A stretch of 64,000 nt of DNA from Spirochaetales bacterium (GCA_037142615.1 JBAXAI010000009.1:58460-122459); one strand, 5' to 3'; positions 28,987 through 38,780 are shown, counted from the stretch's first letter. Translations and numbers: made by a program. The notes: generated by a model from the sequence alone, not told the origin.

Positions 28987-30581
28987 TTGGCCACTGAGGC
29001 AGCGACAAACGCCTGAAACAGCGGGTGCGGCTTGGTCGGCTTGCTGGTAAACTCGGGGTGGAACTGCACGCCGGTACTCCAGGGGTGGTCCTTCCACTCG
29101 GTCGACTCGACCAGGCCACCGTCGGGGGTGTAGCCCGAGATTTTCAAACCGGCGTTTTCGAGCGCCTCCTTGTAGGCGTTGGCAAACTCGTAACGGTGGC
29201 GATGCCGTTCCCAAATCACCTCGTGGCCGTAGGCCGAGCGGATGTGGGTGTGACCCTTGGTGTGCGTGGCGCTCTTGCCCAGACGCATGGTGCCGCCCAT
29301 CTTGGTGATGCCTTCCTGCTCCTCGAGCAGGCTGACCACGGGGTGCGCGGTCTGTGGGTTCATTTCGGTGCTATTGGCCCCTTCGAGGCCCAGTACGTGG
29401 CGGGCGTACTCGATCACCATGATCTGCATTCCCAGGCAGATGCCCAGGTAGGGTTTTTTGGACTCGCGGGCGTACTGAGCAGCCAGGACCATGCCCTCCA
29501 CCCCCCGCTGACCAAAGCCACCGGGTACCAGGATGGCGTCGGCGTGACCAAGAAGGTCCTCGGCGGTGGCGCCCTTTTCGAACTTCTCGGCGTCGATCTT
29601 GAGGACCTTCACCTTCACCTTGTTTCCCATGCCCGCGTGTACGAGCGCCTCATCGATGCTCTTGTAGGTGTCGTGCAGGTCGACGTATTTGCCCACCATG
29701 GCAATGGTCACGGTGTTCTTGGCGTTTTTGTAGCCCTCAACCATCGCGGACAGATGGTCCACCTGCGCCGGCTTCAGATCGAGGTGCAGTTTGCGAAGCA
29801 CGATTTCGTCGAGCTTCTGCTGGTGGTAGATCAAAGGAATCTCGTAAATGGTTGTATTGACATCAATTGCTGACAGCACCGATTCGACGTCAACGTTGGT
29901 GAAGTTGGCGATCTTTTTGCGCATGCCGTCGCTGAGTTCTTTTTTGGCTCGGCACAGCAGAATGTCGGGCTGGATGCCGATCTCACGCAGTTCTTTGACG
30001 CTGTGCTGCGTCGGCTTGGTCTTCATCTCGTCGCCCGAGACGGTGGGCACCAGCGTGAGGTGCACCGACAGCACGTTTTCACGGCCTAGCTCGTGAATAA
30101 TCTGCCGGGCGGTTTCAAGGAAGGGCACCGATTCGATGTCGCCCACCGTGCCGCCCACCTCCACGATGGTGATGTCGGTTTCTTTCGAGGCGCCGATGCG
30201 CAGGATCTGGCTCTTGATTTCGTCGGTGATATGGGGAATCACCTGCACCGTTTTGCCCAGGTACTTGCCTTCGCGCTCTTTGTTGATGACGGTTTGGTAC
30301 ACTTGCCCGGTGGTGATGGAGTTGGCCTTGCTCAGCGGACTCGAGGTGAAGCGGGCGTAGTTGCCTAGGTCGAGGTCGGTTTCGGCGCCATCGTCGGTGA
30401 CGTACACTTCGCCGTGCTGGTAGGGGCTCATCGTGCCCGCATCGACGTTCAGATACGGATCGATCTTGATCATGCTGACGCGGAAGCCCCGGCTCTCCAA
30501 AAGGGTGCCGATCGAGGCGGCCGCAATGCCTTTTCCGAGGCTCGAACAAACCCCGCCCGTGACGAAAATGTATTTCTTCAT
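28983..30581 (-). CDS. pyrG: CTP synthase
   Basis: KYIFVTGGVCSSLGKG, KTKPTQHSV, GICLGMQ, QFHPEF. Confidence 0.98.
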   Translation of the reverse strand: MKKYIFVTGGVCSSLGKGIAAASIGTLLESRGFRVSMIKIDPYLNVDAGTMSPYQHGEVYVTDDGAETDLDLGNYARFTSSPLSKANSITTGQVYQTVINKEREGKYLGKTVQVIPHITDEIKSQILRIGASKETDITIVEVGGTVGDIESVPFLETARQIIHELGRENVLSVHLTLVPTVSGDEMKTKPTQHSVKELREIGIQPDILLCRAKKELSDGMRKKIANFTNVDVESVLSAIDVNTTIYEIPLIYHQQKLDEIVLRKLHLDLKPAQVDHLSAMVEGYKNAKNTVTIAMVGKYVDLHDTYKSIDEALVHAGMGNKVKVKVLKIDAEKFEKGATAEDLLGHADAILVPGGFGQRGVEGMVLAAQYARESKKPYLGICLGMQIMVIEYARHVLGLEGANSTEMNPQTAHPVVSLLEEQEGITKMGGTMRLGKSATHTKGHTHIRSAYGHEVIWERHRHRYEFANAYKEALENAGLKISGYTPDGGLVESTEWKDHPWSTGVQFHPEFTSKPTKPHPLFQAFVAASVAK

Positions 30582-30678
30582 GGGATTTCATTCTCCCCTT
30601 AAGGCACGGGTGTGTCAACAAAGGTTTTCTTGACTTGACTGGTCGCCAAGCCTAGACTTCAGCCTTGGGAGACTGGAA

Positions 30679-31500
30679 ATGTCGGAGTTCCTTACGGATC
30701 AGCACTTTGAAAAGTTCCGCAGTCTCATCTACGATTCCAGCGGCATCACGTTCTCGAACTCGAACCGCCCCATTCTCGAAAGTCGGCTCCGGGAACGGCT
30801 CCGTCTGGCCAAACTCGACGACGTGGGCGTGTATTTTGACCTGATCAAACGCAGCGAAGGCGAAATGAAAACCTTCCTCGATTCGATCACCACCAACCTG
30901 ACCCGCTTCTTCCGCAACCAGGCGCACTTCGATGCGATGGAAAACCACGTGCTTCCTGACCTCATCAAGCACAAACGCGCCAAAAACCTCGAAAAGAAGA
31001 TCCGCGTGTGGAGCGCCGGCTGTTCCACCGGCGAGGAACCCTACACCATTTCGATGATCCTCAAGGACAGGTTGCCTCCCGACTTCACTTACGACATTAC
31101 GGCTTCGGACCTCAGCCTCAAGTCACTGATGACCGCTAGCCAGGGGTTCTATCCGGATGCCCGCATCCAAGGCATCCCAGACGGTTACCTGAGCCGTTTC
31201 TTCACCCGCGCCGGTGATGGCTATCAGGCCAAGGATGAGATCAAGAACCGCATCAAGTTTGACTATCACAACCTCAAGTTCGATTCGGGACTCCGCAACC
31301 TCGACATCATTTTTTGCCGCAACGTGCTCATCTACTTTGACGAGGCGGCGCAGAAGAACGTCATTGACCGGTTCTGGACCTCGATGACCAACCATGCTTT
31401 TCTGTACATCGGCCATTCCGAGTCGCTGTTCGGCATGAAGACCGAGTTTAAGTTCCTCAAGACCGAGTGGGCCGTCTTGTACACCAAGCTTCAGGACTAA
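30679..31500 (+). CDS. cheR: Chemotaxis methyltransferase
   Basis: TTNLTRFFR, WSAGCSTGEEPYT, IFCRNVLIYFD, IGHSES. Confidence 0.96.
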   Translation: MSEFLTDQHFEKFRSLIYDSSGITFSNSNRPILESRLRERLRLAKLDDVGVYFDLIKRSEGEMKTFLDSITTNLTRFFRNQAHFDAMENHVLPDLIKHKRAKNLEKKIRVWSAGCSTGEEPYTISMILKDRLPPDFTYDITASDLSLKSLMTASQGFYPDARIQGIPDGYLSRFFTRAGDGYQAKDEIKNRIKFDYHNLKFDSGLRNLDIIFCRNVLIYFDEAAQKNVIDRFWTSMTNHAFLYIGHSESLFGMKTEFKFLKTEWAVLYTKLQD

Positions 31501-31503
31501 CGA

Positions 31504-32655
31504 ATGACCGAACAAACCATCAATGTCCTGATCGTGGACGATTCCGCGCTGATGCGGAACCTCATTGGCCGAATTGTCGAGGCGGCCCCTGGCTTCGCGG
31601 TCGCAGGCAAGGCTATGAACGGCCTGTTTGCCCTCAAGAAGCTCGAGACTCTGACACCCGATGTCATCGTTCTTGACCTCGAAATGCCCGAAATGAACGG
31701 CATCGAGTTCCTCAAGAAGCGCCGTGAACTGCGCATCGACGTTCCGGTGATCATCCTGAGTTCCATCGCCCGAAGGGGTGCCGAAGTCACGATGGAAGCC
31801 CTCAATCTCGGAGCCTCGGATTTTGTGAAGAAGCCGTCGGGCTCCGTGAGTGAAGACATTCATCTGGTGGGCGAACAGCTGATTGAACTGCTTCGCGTGT
31901 ACGGCGGACGGCGCAAGCCGCTGGCGGCCTACATGCCCCGGCCGGTGGCGCCGACACCCTCGCCAGAGGTGCACGTCCCGGCGCCGGTGGCCCACGCTCC
32001 GCCTTCCGCGTACGTGGGCCAACCGGCCAAACCGTTGGTACTTCCTTCGGGCAACCTTCGGCCGCATAGCAATTTGCAGATCCTTGCCATCGGTATTTCG
32101 ACCGGAGGGCCCAACGCGCTGCGCCAGGTCTTCCAAGACCTTGATCCGAACTTCCCGTTGCCGATTTTGGTGGTGCAGCACATGCCGGCCGGCTTCACCG
32201 CCGAGTTTGCCCGCTCACTCAACCGCAACTGCCCGCTCGAGGTAAAAGAGGCCGAAGAAGGCGACATCGTCAAAAAGGGCCGCATCCTGATCGCACCCGG
32301 CGACTACCATATCGAGGTCGAAAAACGGTCGCTGGCAGGGATTGTGCATGTGACCCAAACCGAACAGACCAACGGGCACCGGCCGTCGGCGGGGGTGCTG
32401 TTCAAGTCAGTGGCCAAACAGTACGGGGCGAGCGCGTTTGCAGTGATCATGACGGGCATGGGCAAGGACGGCTCGGCCGAGATCGGCGAAGTCTATCGGG
32501 CTGGTGGCCTCACGTTGGCACAAGACGAAGCCAGCAGCGTCGTGTTCGGCATGCCCAAGGTCGCTATCGAAATGGGCCACGCCGAAAAGGTTGTTGCCCT
32601 TGCCGAAATGGCCACCACGCTCAACTCGCTGGCCAAGCAGTTCGCTAAGGCCTAA
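31504..32655 (+). CDS. cheB: Chemotaxis response regulator methylesterase
   Basis: REC domain + GISTGGP, VQHMP, MTGMGKDG, VFGMP. Confidence 0.96.
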   Translation: MTEQTINVLIVDDSALMRNLIGRIVEAAPGFAVAGKAMNGLFALKKLETLTPDVIVLDLEMPEMNGIEFLKKRRELRIDVPVIILSSIARRGAEVTMEALNLGASDFVKKPSGSVSEDIHLVGEQLIELLRVYGGRRKPLAAYMPRPVAPTPSPEVHVPAPVAHAPPSAYVGQPAKPLVLPSGNLRPHSNLQILAIGISTGGPNALRQVFQDLDPNFPLPILVVQHMPAGFTAEFARSLNRNCPLEVKEAEEGDIVKKGRILIAPGDYHIEVEKRSLAGIVHVTQTEQTNGHRPSAGVLFKSVAKQYGASAFAVIMTGMGKDGSAEIGEVYRAGGLTLAQDEASSVVFGMPKVAIEMGHAEKVVALAEMATTLNSLAKQFAKA

Positions 32656-33062
32656 GCCCGAGCGGCAAATGGCGTGAAGTCGCCCACGGGGATGATAGCC
32701 TCGACCTTCGGGTGGCCCGACTCCGGGTTTTGCGGAAAAATGAGGCTGGCGCCTAGACCAACAGCGGCGAGCACCGCAGCCACCCAGCCGTTCCAGAACA
32801 CCAAGCCGAGGGCCAGCAACGCCGCGGGAACGACGACGAGGCGAACAACTCCGCCCCAAGCGGCACCGGTCGGTGTGCTCACTTCGACGTAGTCGCCGAG
32901 TGAAAGATTGAGGTTCTTGTTGTTGAGTGCCTTGAACTCGACCAGGGCGGTAGAACTGGCGCAGTGGCAGGCCGAGCCGTCGCCGCTGCAACAGGCCAGC
33001 GGAGCAAAGCTGATCCACACGTTCTTGCCTTCAATCTTCTTGATCGTTCCCTGACGGTTCAT
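32652..33062 (-). CDS. RseC/MucC family membrane protein
   Basis: Cys cluster ACCSGDGSACHC, then NNKNLNLSLGDYVEV and two TM segments. Confidence 0.7.
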   Translation of the reverse strand: MNRQGTIKKIEGKNVWISFAPLACCSGDGSACHCASSTALVEFKALNNKNLNLSLGDYVEVSTPTGAAWGGVVRLVVVPAALLALGLVFWNGWVAAVLAAVGLGASLIFPQNPESGHPKVEAIIPVGDFTPFAARA

Positions 33063-33852
33063 GCGCTTCCTCCAAGCAGGGCCGCGAGATCCGTTCGATG
33101 GACTTGGGCCGGCCCGAGTTTTCAATATCGATCAAAACGCCCTGAAAAACCAGACCCTCCCAGCTTTCCTGGCTGCGGTCGGGCAACCCGGTCAAGAAGC
33201 GGCCGATTTCTTTGGTGGGCAAAAAGCCCTGCACCGACTGCACCGACCCCGTGCGACCAGCGTCGGTGATGACGGCCGTGCCTTTGGGCATCAGGCGCTC
33301 GTCGGCGGTGACGATCTTGCCGTGGCTTCCGATGACAGCCGAAACCCGCCCGTCGGCGTAGTGAAACAAGGTGTTCTTTTCGGCGGTGGTGGCCGCGTGA
33401 AAGTCGACCACGACGGCCTTGACCTCGCGCGGGATTTTCTCGAGCACGGCGTCGAGCGTAAGGAAGGGGCTGGGCACGTGCGACTTGGAAAAGCCGCTTT
33501 GGCCGAGCAGCGAAATGACGCCGATCCGGCCCGCCGGGGTGTCGAACACCTTGAACCCCCGACCGGGTGACTCGGCCGGATAGTTGGCCGGCCGAAGAAC
33601 AAAGCTCATCGTCGAAAGCGCCGGCGGCAGATCCTTCTTGAAGTAGGCGCACTCGCCCAGCGTCACGGCGCCGAGGCCCAGCTTGTGGAGGTAGAACGCG
33701 TGGTTCTTGCCCAAGCCGAAGCCGCCGGTGGTGCCGTCGCCGCTGCCGAAAATGAAGTCGGGCTTCAACTCGTCTTTGAGGGCGGCCAAAGTGCTCTTGA
33801 GGGTGAAGATTCCAGGCTTGCCGACGATTTCGGCCACGTAGAGCACTCGCAT
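33031..33852 (-). CDS. YmdB family metallophosphoesterase
   Basis: MRVLYVAEIVGKPG, LRPANYP, DFHAATTAEK, TADER, TDAGRTG. Confidence 0.88.
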   Translation of the reverse strand: MRVLYVAEIVGKPGIFTLKSTLAALKDELKPDFIFGSGDGTTGGFGLGKNHAFYLHKLGLGAVTLGECAYFKKDLPPALSTMSFVLRPANYPAESPGRGFKVFDTPAGRIGVISLLGQSGFSKSHVPSPFLTLDAVLEKIPREVKAVVVDFHAATTAEKNTLFHYADGRVSAVIGSHGKIVTADERLMPKGTAVITDAGRTGSVQSVQGFLPTKEIGRFLTGLPDRSQESWEGLVFQGVLIDIENSGRPKSIERISRPCLEEAHEPSGNDQED

Positions 33853-33870
33853 GCCTGAGCCTACCTCACT

Positions 33871-33898
33871 TTGACTCCCTGCGAAAGGGGAGTATATT
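33871..33898 (+). promoter_or_regulatory. Putative sigma-70 promoter of hsp20, overlapped by an inverted repeat
   Basis: TTGACT-16 bp-TATATT; ACTCCC...GGGAGT repeat spans the spacer. Confidence 0.55.
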
Positions 33899-33987
33899 GG
33901 TCGTGTGGCCCGTTGGGCCGCTCCGGTCGCCGAAGGGGTCCGGATATCCCAACTTGATGCCCAAGATGGGCGTCTAGGAGAGTCAAG

Positions 33988-34497
33988 ATGAGTAAGGACA
34001 ACAAGTTCCCGTTCCCTGACCTGAACAAGCTTCTCGATGAGGTGTTCGGCCAGGTCGATTCCATCAGCGAAAAGCTGCAGACCGAGATGGAAAAGGGTTT
34101 CGCCTTTCACGGCCACGGCATTTGGGGCGAAGGCCTGGATTTCTACCCTGGCTACGCCTACCCCCCCATGAACGTTTACCTCACCCCCGACAAGTCGATC
34201 GTGATCGAAATGGCCATGGCTGGCTTCCAACAGGAAGACCTGAGTCTGCAGTTCGTGGGCGACAACCTGGTGTTCAGCGCCAAGCCCCAAAACGTCGAAG
34301 AGACCGAAGGCCTGCGCTACCTGAAGCGCCGCTTGAAGGTTAAGCCCGTTGAGGAACAGAAGTATTTCGTTCCTGCCGACAAGTTCGAGCAGAGCCAGAT
34401 CAGCGCCGTGTTCAAAAACGGCCTGCTTCGAATCACGGTGCCTTCGAAGTCGATCGTAACACCCAAAGAAGGCGTCAAGGTCGATATCAAGGGTTGA
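33988..34497 (+). CDS. Hsp20/alpha-crystallin small heat shock protein
   Basis: YPPMNVY, MAMAGF, AVFKNGLLRITVP. Confidence 0.9.
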   Translation: MSKDNKFPFPDLNKLLDEVFGQVDSISEKLQTEMEKGFAFHGHGIWGEGLDFYPGYAYPPMNVYLTPDKSIVIEMAMAGFQQEDLSLQFVGDNLVFSAKPQNVEETEGLRYLKRRLKVKPVEEQKYFVPADKFEQSQISAVFKNGLLRITVPSKSIVTPKEGVKVDIKG

Positions 34498-34543
34498 GCA
34501 AGGGATTGGCGGAAAGTAACCCTTTCGATTAACCTTGGGGACA

Positions 34544-35911
34544 ATGAAGCCCAACCGCCGAATCGTCTTCTTCTATCTGGTCTTCTGCCTCGCCTTTGGC
34601 TTGGCCATGGGACTGGTATTTCCCGTGTACGCGGGATTCTTTGTCGAGTTCAAAAGCCCGGCGCATCAAATGGTGTTCGTGTTGGGTTGCCTGGTCGCGG
34701 GCGTGGTCGTCGGTTTGGCCTCGTACGTGATCGGGCGACTCACCATTCTCCGGGTCATCCGCATGATTTCGCGGCGCTTCGAAGTGCTCAGCAGCGCCGA
34801 GGGCGACCTGAGCCAAGACATCGACTTCCAGTCATCCGACTGCCTGGGCGAACTGGTAAGCCACTTCAACGCGTTTCAAGGCAAGCTTCGCTTACTGGTG
34901 CAAGAGCTGCGGGAGTTGTCGAACGAAGTGCAGTCCCTGTCATCCTCGCTGAGTTCGGCCGCAGAGCAATCGGCAACCACGCTCGAGGAATTGTCGGCGA
35001 CGGCCAGTGCGGTGGCCCGCCAGGCCCAGTTTCAGTCTCAAGACACCCAAAAGTCGGTCGAGGAAGTTCGGGTCATCCTCGAAGGCATCGAGAGCTCGGA
35101 CCGCTCGGCCGGCGGCATGGCCTCGCAGTTCTTCCTGTTCAGCCAGTCGATGGAGGCCAACCGAAAAGGAATCCAGGCCGTATCGCAGGAAGCCCAGACT
35201 ACAGGCAGGCTTGCCGAGCAGCTCGGCCATTCGGGCGACAGCGGACAGCAAGTCCTGATCCGTCTGAGTGAAGAGATCTCGGCCGTAGCGCAACGGGCCC
35301 ACGAGATTCAAGACATCGTTCAGATCATCCTCGACATTGCCGGTCAAACCAACCTGTTGTCGATGAATGCAGCCATCGAGGCGGCCCACGCAGGCGAGGC
35401 CGGAAGGGGCTTTTCGGTGGTCGCCGAAGAAATCCGCAAACTTGCCGACACCAGCGCGGCCCAAGGACAAACCATCAAGCGGCTTCTCGGAGGAATCGCG
35501 GAGGCCGTGAACCAGACCCTGGTTCAGTCGAAGGCGACGGAAGCCAGCTTTGAGGCCATTCAGCGCGACATCGCTTCGGTTCGCAATTCGGGCTTGTCGA
35601 TTTCGCTCCAAATGGTCAAGCAAGAGGAAGAGGACTCGAAGTTGTCGGAAGGACTGCTGGAGTTTACCCAGCTCTACGAGGGACTGTCGCAGACCTTGGT
35701 TGATCAGCTTCGGCGAAGTCAAATCGTGAGGGAAAGCCTGACAGCGGTCGAAGATGCCAGCCACCAAATCAGTGAGGCAATGGGCGAACAGTCGTTCGGC
35801 GCGGAACATTCTGCCATCGCGATGACACAGGTCAAAGAGACGGCAACAAGTCTGTCGCGGGTGGTCGCCGACCTCACGGCGCTCACGCAGAGGTTCAAGC
35901 TCAAGTCGTGA
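34544..35911 (+). CDS. Methyl-accepting chemotaxis protein
   Basis: Two N-terminal TMs, [38 protein letters not shown]. Confidence 0.92.
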   Translation: MKPNRRIVFFYLVFCLAFGLAMGLVFPVYAGFFVEFKSPAHQMVFVLGCLVAGVVVGLASYVIGRLTILRVIRMISRRFEVLSSAEGDLSQDIDFQSSDCLGELVSHFNAFQGKLRLLVQELRELSNEVQSLSSSLSSAAEQSATTLEELSATASAVARQAQFQSQDTQKSVEEVRVILEGIESSDRSAGGMASQFFLFSQSMEANRKGIQAVSQEAQTTGRLAEQLGHSGDSGQQVLIRLSEEISAVAQRAHEIQDIVQIILDIAGQTNLLSMNAAIEAAHAGEAGRGFSVVAEEIRKLADTSAAQGQTIKRLLGGIAEAVNQTLVQSKATEASFEAIQRDIASVRNSGLSISLQMVKQEEEDSKLSEGLLEFTQLYEGLSQTLVDQLRRSQIVRESLTAVEDASHQISEAMGEQSFGAEHSAIAMTQVKETATSLSRVVADLTALTQRFKLKS

Positions 35912-35921
35912 TCGCCAACCC

Positions 35922-35951
35922 TTGACACCACCCCCGGGTTCCCGCTAAGTT
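35922..35951 (+). promoter_or_regulatory. Putative sigma-70 promoter of tRNA-Leu
   Basis: TTGACA-18 bp-TAAGTT, 12 nt upstream of the tRNA. Confidence 0.55.
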
Positions 35952-35963
35952 GTCGGCACACCT

Positions 35964-36045
35964 GCCCAGGTGGTGAAATTGGTATACACGCTAGTTTCAG
36001 GTACTAGTGCCGCGAGGCGTGGAGGTTCGAGTCCTCTTCTGGGCA
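35964..36045 (+). tRNA. tRNA-Leu (anticodon CAG), CCA not encoded
   Basis: Acceptor GCCCAGG/TCTGGGC-A, D-loop GGTGAAATTGGTA, anticodon stem CTAGT-TTCAGGT-ACTAG, long variable arm, GGTTCGAGTCC. Confidence 0.95.
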
Positions 36046-36074
36046 ACTGCTAATTCCTTGCAGTGAAAGGGATT

Positions 36075-36101
36075 AAAGAGCATCGCAAGATGCTCTTTTT
36101 T
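36075..36101 (+). terminator. Rho-independent terminator after tRNA-Leu
   Basis: AAAGAGCATC-GCAA-GATGCTCTTT followed by a T-run. Confidence 0.8.
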
Positions 36102-36125
36102 ATTGCCCGAAGGCTTTTCGGGGCA

Positions 36126-36188
36126 CTGACGCCGATATTGACGCCTTTTGGTTTGCCTCGCCGGTGGGATGGAATGTGGCGAGATTTC
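36126..36188 (+). repeat. 63-bp left-end repeat, copy 1 (copy 2 at 43975-44037)
   Basis: CTGACGCCGATATTGACGCCTTTTGG...GAGATTTC; 58/63 identical to copy 2 by manual alignment. Confidence 0.9.
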
Positions 36189-36273
36189 GGGATTAGGAAC
36201 CCTTCCAAGGAAGACTCTGCCCAATCCTGAGCTTGAACGAAAGAGTCCGCGAGCAATCTTTATCGCCCATGTG

Positions 36274-36579
36274 TCACGGAATCGAGTCAGCCGCGGCTAT
36301 GGCGGCCTGCAAGGCCTTCAGTTCAGCGTTGCAGTCGGGGCAACCACGCTTCAGATGCCGGTCAACGCCAGGAAAGAGGGTTCCGACGTTATCGTGACGC
36401 TCCAAACCCTCGACATACTGATCCAGGAGTTCGCAGGTCTGGTCGCAGTCGAGTTCCTCCTCGTCCGTCATTTCCAGAATGGTCCGCAGGTCCGGCATCG
36501 TCGAGGGAGGGCCGAAGCCGGGTTGCAGAAGGTCCTTCAAAGGGGTCACCAGAATCTCCTTGGCACGACGATCAAGCAT
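36274..36579 (-). CDS. Small zinc-binding anti-sigma-like protein (zf-HC2-like)
   Basis: LDCDQTCELLDQYV...HLKRGCPDC; overlaps the end of the ECF sigma gene. Confidence 0.7.
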   Translation of the reverse strand: MLDRRAKEILVTPLKDLLQPGFGPPSTMPDLRTILEMTDEEELDCDQTCELLDQYVEGLERHDNVGTLFPGVDRHLKRGCPDCNAELKALQAAIAAADSIP

Positions 36580-37219
36580 GCTCCACCTCTCTAGAGGGGA
36601 CGGCTGGGGATTTTCTTTCTTTTGGCTTTTGCCCTGTAGGGTCCACCATTACTCCTTCCCTGAGGAGCCTCTGCCTGAGCTTAAGTCGGGCATCGTGGAC
36701 AATCTTGTACAGAGCACCCCTCGTCGTGCCGAGCTTGACGACGACGGCATCCGACGACATTCCTTGAACGGCCAGCGCGGTCAGTGCTGTCTTTTGCAAG
36801 GGTGTCAGCTCCTCATCCATGATTTTCTGGACCCAGGTCAGCATCATGTGGTCCTCCACGCTTTCCAAGGCAGCATCTGGCGAACTCGCAATGGATTCGT
36901 CGTCCTTCAGCGGGACGTCGTTCCAGCGGGCGCGACGAAGCTCGGCCAAGGCCACGCGGATGGTGATCTTGTGGGCCCAGGTGGTGAACCGCGACAACCC
37001 CTGGAAGTCCCCCAGACGCGTCAGGATGATGATCAGCGCCTCCTGGACAAAATCCTCGCAATAGCCGGCAAAATCCTGATGGTCCTGCTGCAGCACGTTA
37101 TGCAAGGCGCCGACCAACCCCCGCAGCAGGATGATGCGCAGGTCGCCTAGAGCCTCGGTCCTTCGCCCGTCTTCCGAGGAGAGGTCTTCGATCCAGCGTG
37201 CGTTGTCGCGTTCCGTCAC
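36572..37219 (-). CDS. ECF-type RNA polymerase sigma factor
   Basis: GTG start after GAGGAGGAG; EDFVQEAL, SRFTTWAHKI, ELTPLQ, GALYKIVHDARLKLR. Confidence 0.88.
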   Translation of the reverse strand: MTERDNARWIEDLSSEDGRRTEALGDLRIILLRGLVGALHNVLQQDHQDFAGYCEDFVQEALIIILTRLGDFQGLSRFTTWAHKITIRVALAELRRARWNDVPLKDDESIASSPDAALESVEDHMMLTWVQKIMDEELTPLQKTALTALAVQGMSSDAVVVKLGTTRGALYKIVHDARLKLRQRLLREGVMVDPTGQKPKERKSPAVPSREVEHA

Positions 37220-37331
37220 CGAAGCTCCTCCTCGACCTTCCCCCTTCAAAGTCAGGGAATCCGTCCGAAAGTTCAAGAGCTACGTAAGGGAACCAGCGGA
37301 CACCCCCTCTAGAAGGCACAGGAGAACTGAA

Positions 37332-37664
37332 ATGAACGAAAACAACAATCCAGAGCCGGCCTCCAAACCCGGCTTTGTCATGGTCCACATGAAGGTGCAC
37401 AGCCTCGACGACCTGAACGAACGGTACGCACCCCATGTGTTTCCCATTCTGGCCAAACACGGGGGAGAGATGATCGCTGGGACGGCGACGCCTGAAGTCA
37501 AGGAAGGCGAGTGGAACGGCAATTGGGCGGCCGTGCTCCGGTTTCCGAGCGTCCAGGCGGCTCGCAACTGGTACCACGACGTCGAATATCAGCCCTACCG
37601 CGAGCTCCGGATCAAAGAGATCCAGTCGGAAGCCGGCCGTGTCGTCATCCTCGAAGGGTTTTGA
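37332..37664 (+). CDS. DUF1330 family protein
   Basis: KHGGEMI...EGEW...VLRFPSVQAARNWY...EYQP...VILEG. Confidence 0.85.
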   Translation: MNENNNPEPASKPGFVMVHMKVHSLDDLNERYAPHVFPILAKHGGEMIAGTATPEVKEGEWNGNWAAVLRFPSVQAARNWYHDVEYQPYRELRIKEIQSEAGRVVILEGF

Positions 37665-37677
37665 AAGGAGCCACCTT

Positions 37678-38667
37678 ATGAACGAAAAAGTCCTCTTAAC
37701 AGGAATCACTGGCTACGTTGGCCAACACTGTGCCGCCGAGCTCCTCCGCCAAGGGTACGAGGTGGTCGGCACCGTGCGCTCGACCCAGAAGGCGGAAGCG
37801 ACCAAGGTGGCGATTGCGAAAGTGGCGCCTGTCGAGAAACTGAGTTTTGCTCAGGCGGAACTGCTCTCCGATGCGGGGTGGTCCGAGGCCCTGACGGGTT
37901 GTCAGTTTGTGCTGCACGTCGCTTCGCCGTTTTTCAGCGCCGAGCCCAAGGACGAGAATGAGCTGATCGCTCCCGCAGTGGAAGGGACAAAGCGGGTGAT
38001 GGCGTTTGCCCAGAAGGCGGGCGTCCAGCGTCTGGTTCTCACCTCGTCCATCGTCGCGGTAATGGCGGGGCGCAAAACCGGCACCTACGGCCCCGAAACG
38101 TGGTCGGACCTCAAGAAAAACATCGGCGCGTACAACAAGAGTAAGACTCTGGCGGAGCAGGCGGCCTGGAAGGCGGCAGAGAAGTCGAAGATGGAACTGA
38201 CGGTGGTCTGCCCCGGCGGCATCTTCGGCCCCCCGGTGGGCGACACTATCGAGGGAGAGAGCGTGACCATCGTCCGGGGCATGATTACCGGCAAAACACC
38301 CATGCTGCCCGATGCCGCCATGGGGATGGTCGACGTGCGTGATGTCGCCCGCCTTCACGTCGCGGCCCTGACCGCTCCCGGAGCCGCTGGAAAACGCTTT
38401 ATCGCAGCGACGGCCCAGCCCGTCGAAATGACGACGTTGGCGGCCATCTTGCGGGGGGCTGGGTTTCCCAAAGTCCCTTCGATGAAGGCTCCGTCGTTCC
38501 TCCTTCGGTTCATGGCGCTGTTTGACGCGCAGGCCAAGGGGTTCGCGCCCTTCCTAGGCCGTAAGGCGTCGTTTGACAACCGGGCGACCTTCGAGGTCCT
38601 GAGGTGGAAGCCGACGCCCATCGAAACCTCGCTGACCGAGATGGCCAAGGCGATTTCATCCCGATAG
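37678..38667 (+). CDS. NAD-dependent epimerase/dehydratase (aldehyde reductase/dihydroflavonol reductase-like)
   Basis: TGITGYVG, HVASP, LTSS, YNKSKTLAE, VDVRDVA. Confidence 0.9.
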   Translation: MNEKVLLTGITGYVGQHCAAELLRQGYEVVGTVRSTQKAEATKVAIAKVAPVEKLSFAQAELLSDAGWSEALTGCQFVLHVASPFFSAEPKDENELIAPAVEGTKRVMAFAQKAGVQRLVLTSSIVAVMAGRKTGTYGPETWSDLKKNIGAYNKSKTLAEQAAWKAAEKSKMELTVVCPGGIFGPPVGDTIEGESVTIVRGMITGKTPMLPDAAMGMVDVRDVARLHVAALTAPGAAGKRFIAATAQPVEMTTLAAILRGAGFPKVPSMKAPSFLLRFMALFDAQAKGFAPFLGRKASFDNRATFEVLRWKPTPIETSLTEMAKAISSR

Positions 38668-38683
38668 TTGGAACGGACAACTG

Positions 38684-38717
38684 GTGGTGTCCCGGAGGAC
38701 GATGTCCGGGGCACCAC
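38684..38717. terminator. Stem-loop downstream of the reductase gene
   Basis: GTGGTGTCCCGGA / TCCGGGGCACCAC 13-bp stem with one G-U pair; no strong U-tract. Confidence 0.45.
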
Positions 38718-38780
38718 TTCGTACGACCTCTACGAAACGTCCCGAGGCGCCGGGGATACTTCTGCTGAGACGGGCAATTT

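Noticed and set aside
33031-34554. 507-aa ORF overlapping hsp20
   Set aside because: The real YmdB gene starts at 33852; the upstream extension is antisense to hsp20.
36561-36577. Second sigma54 promoter (TGGCACGACGATCAAGC)
   Set aside because: Lacks TTGC at the -12 position and lies inside a coding region.
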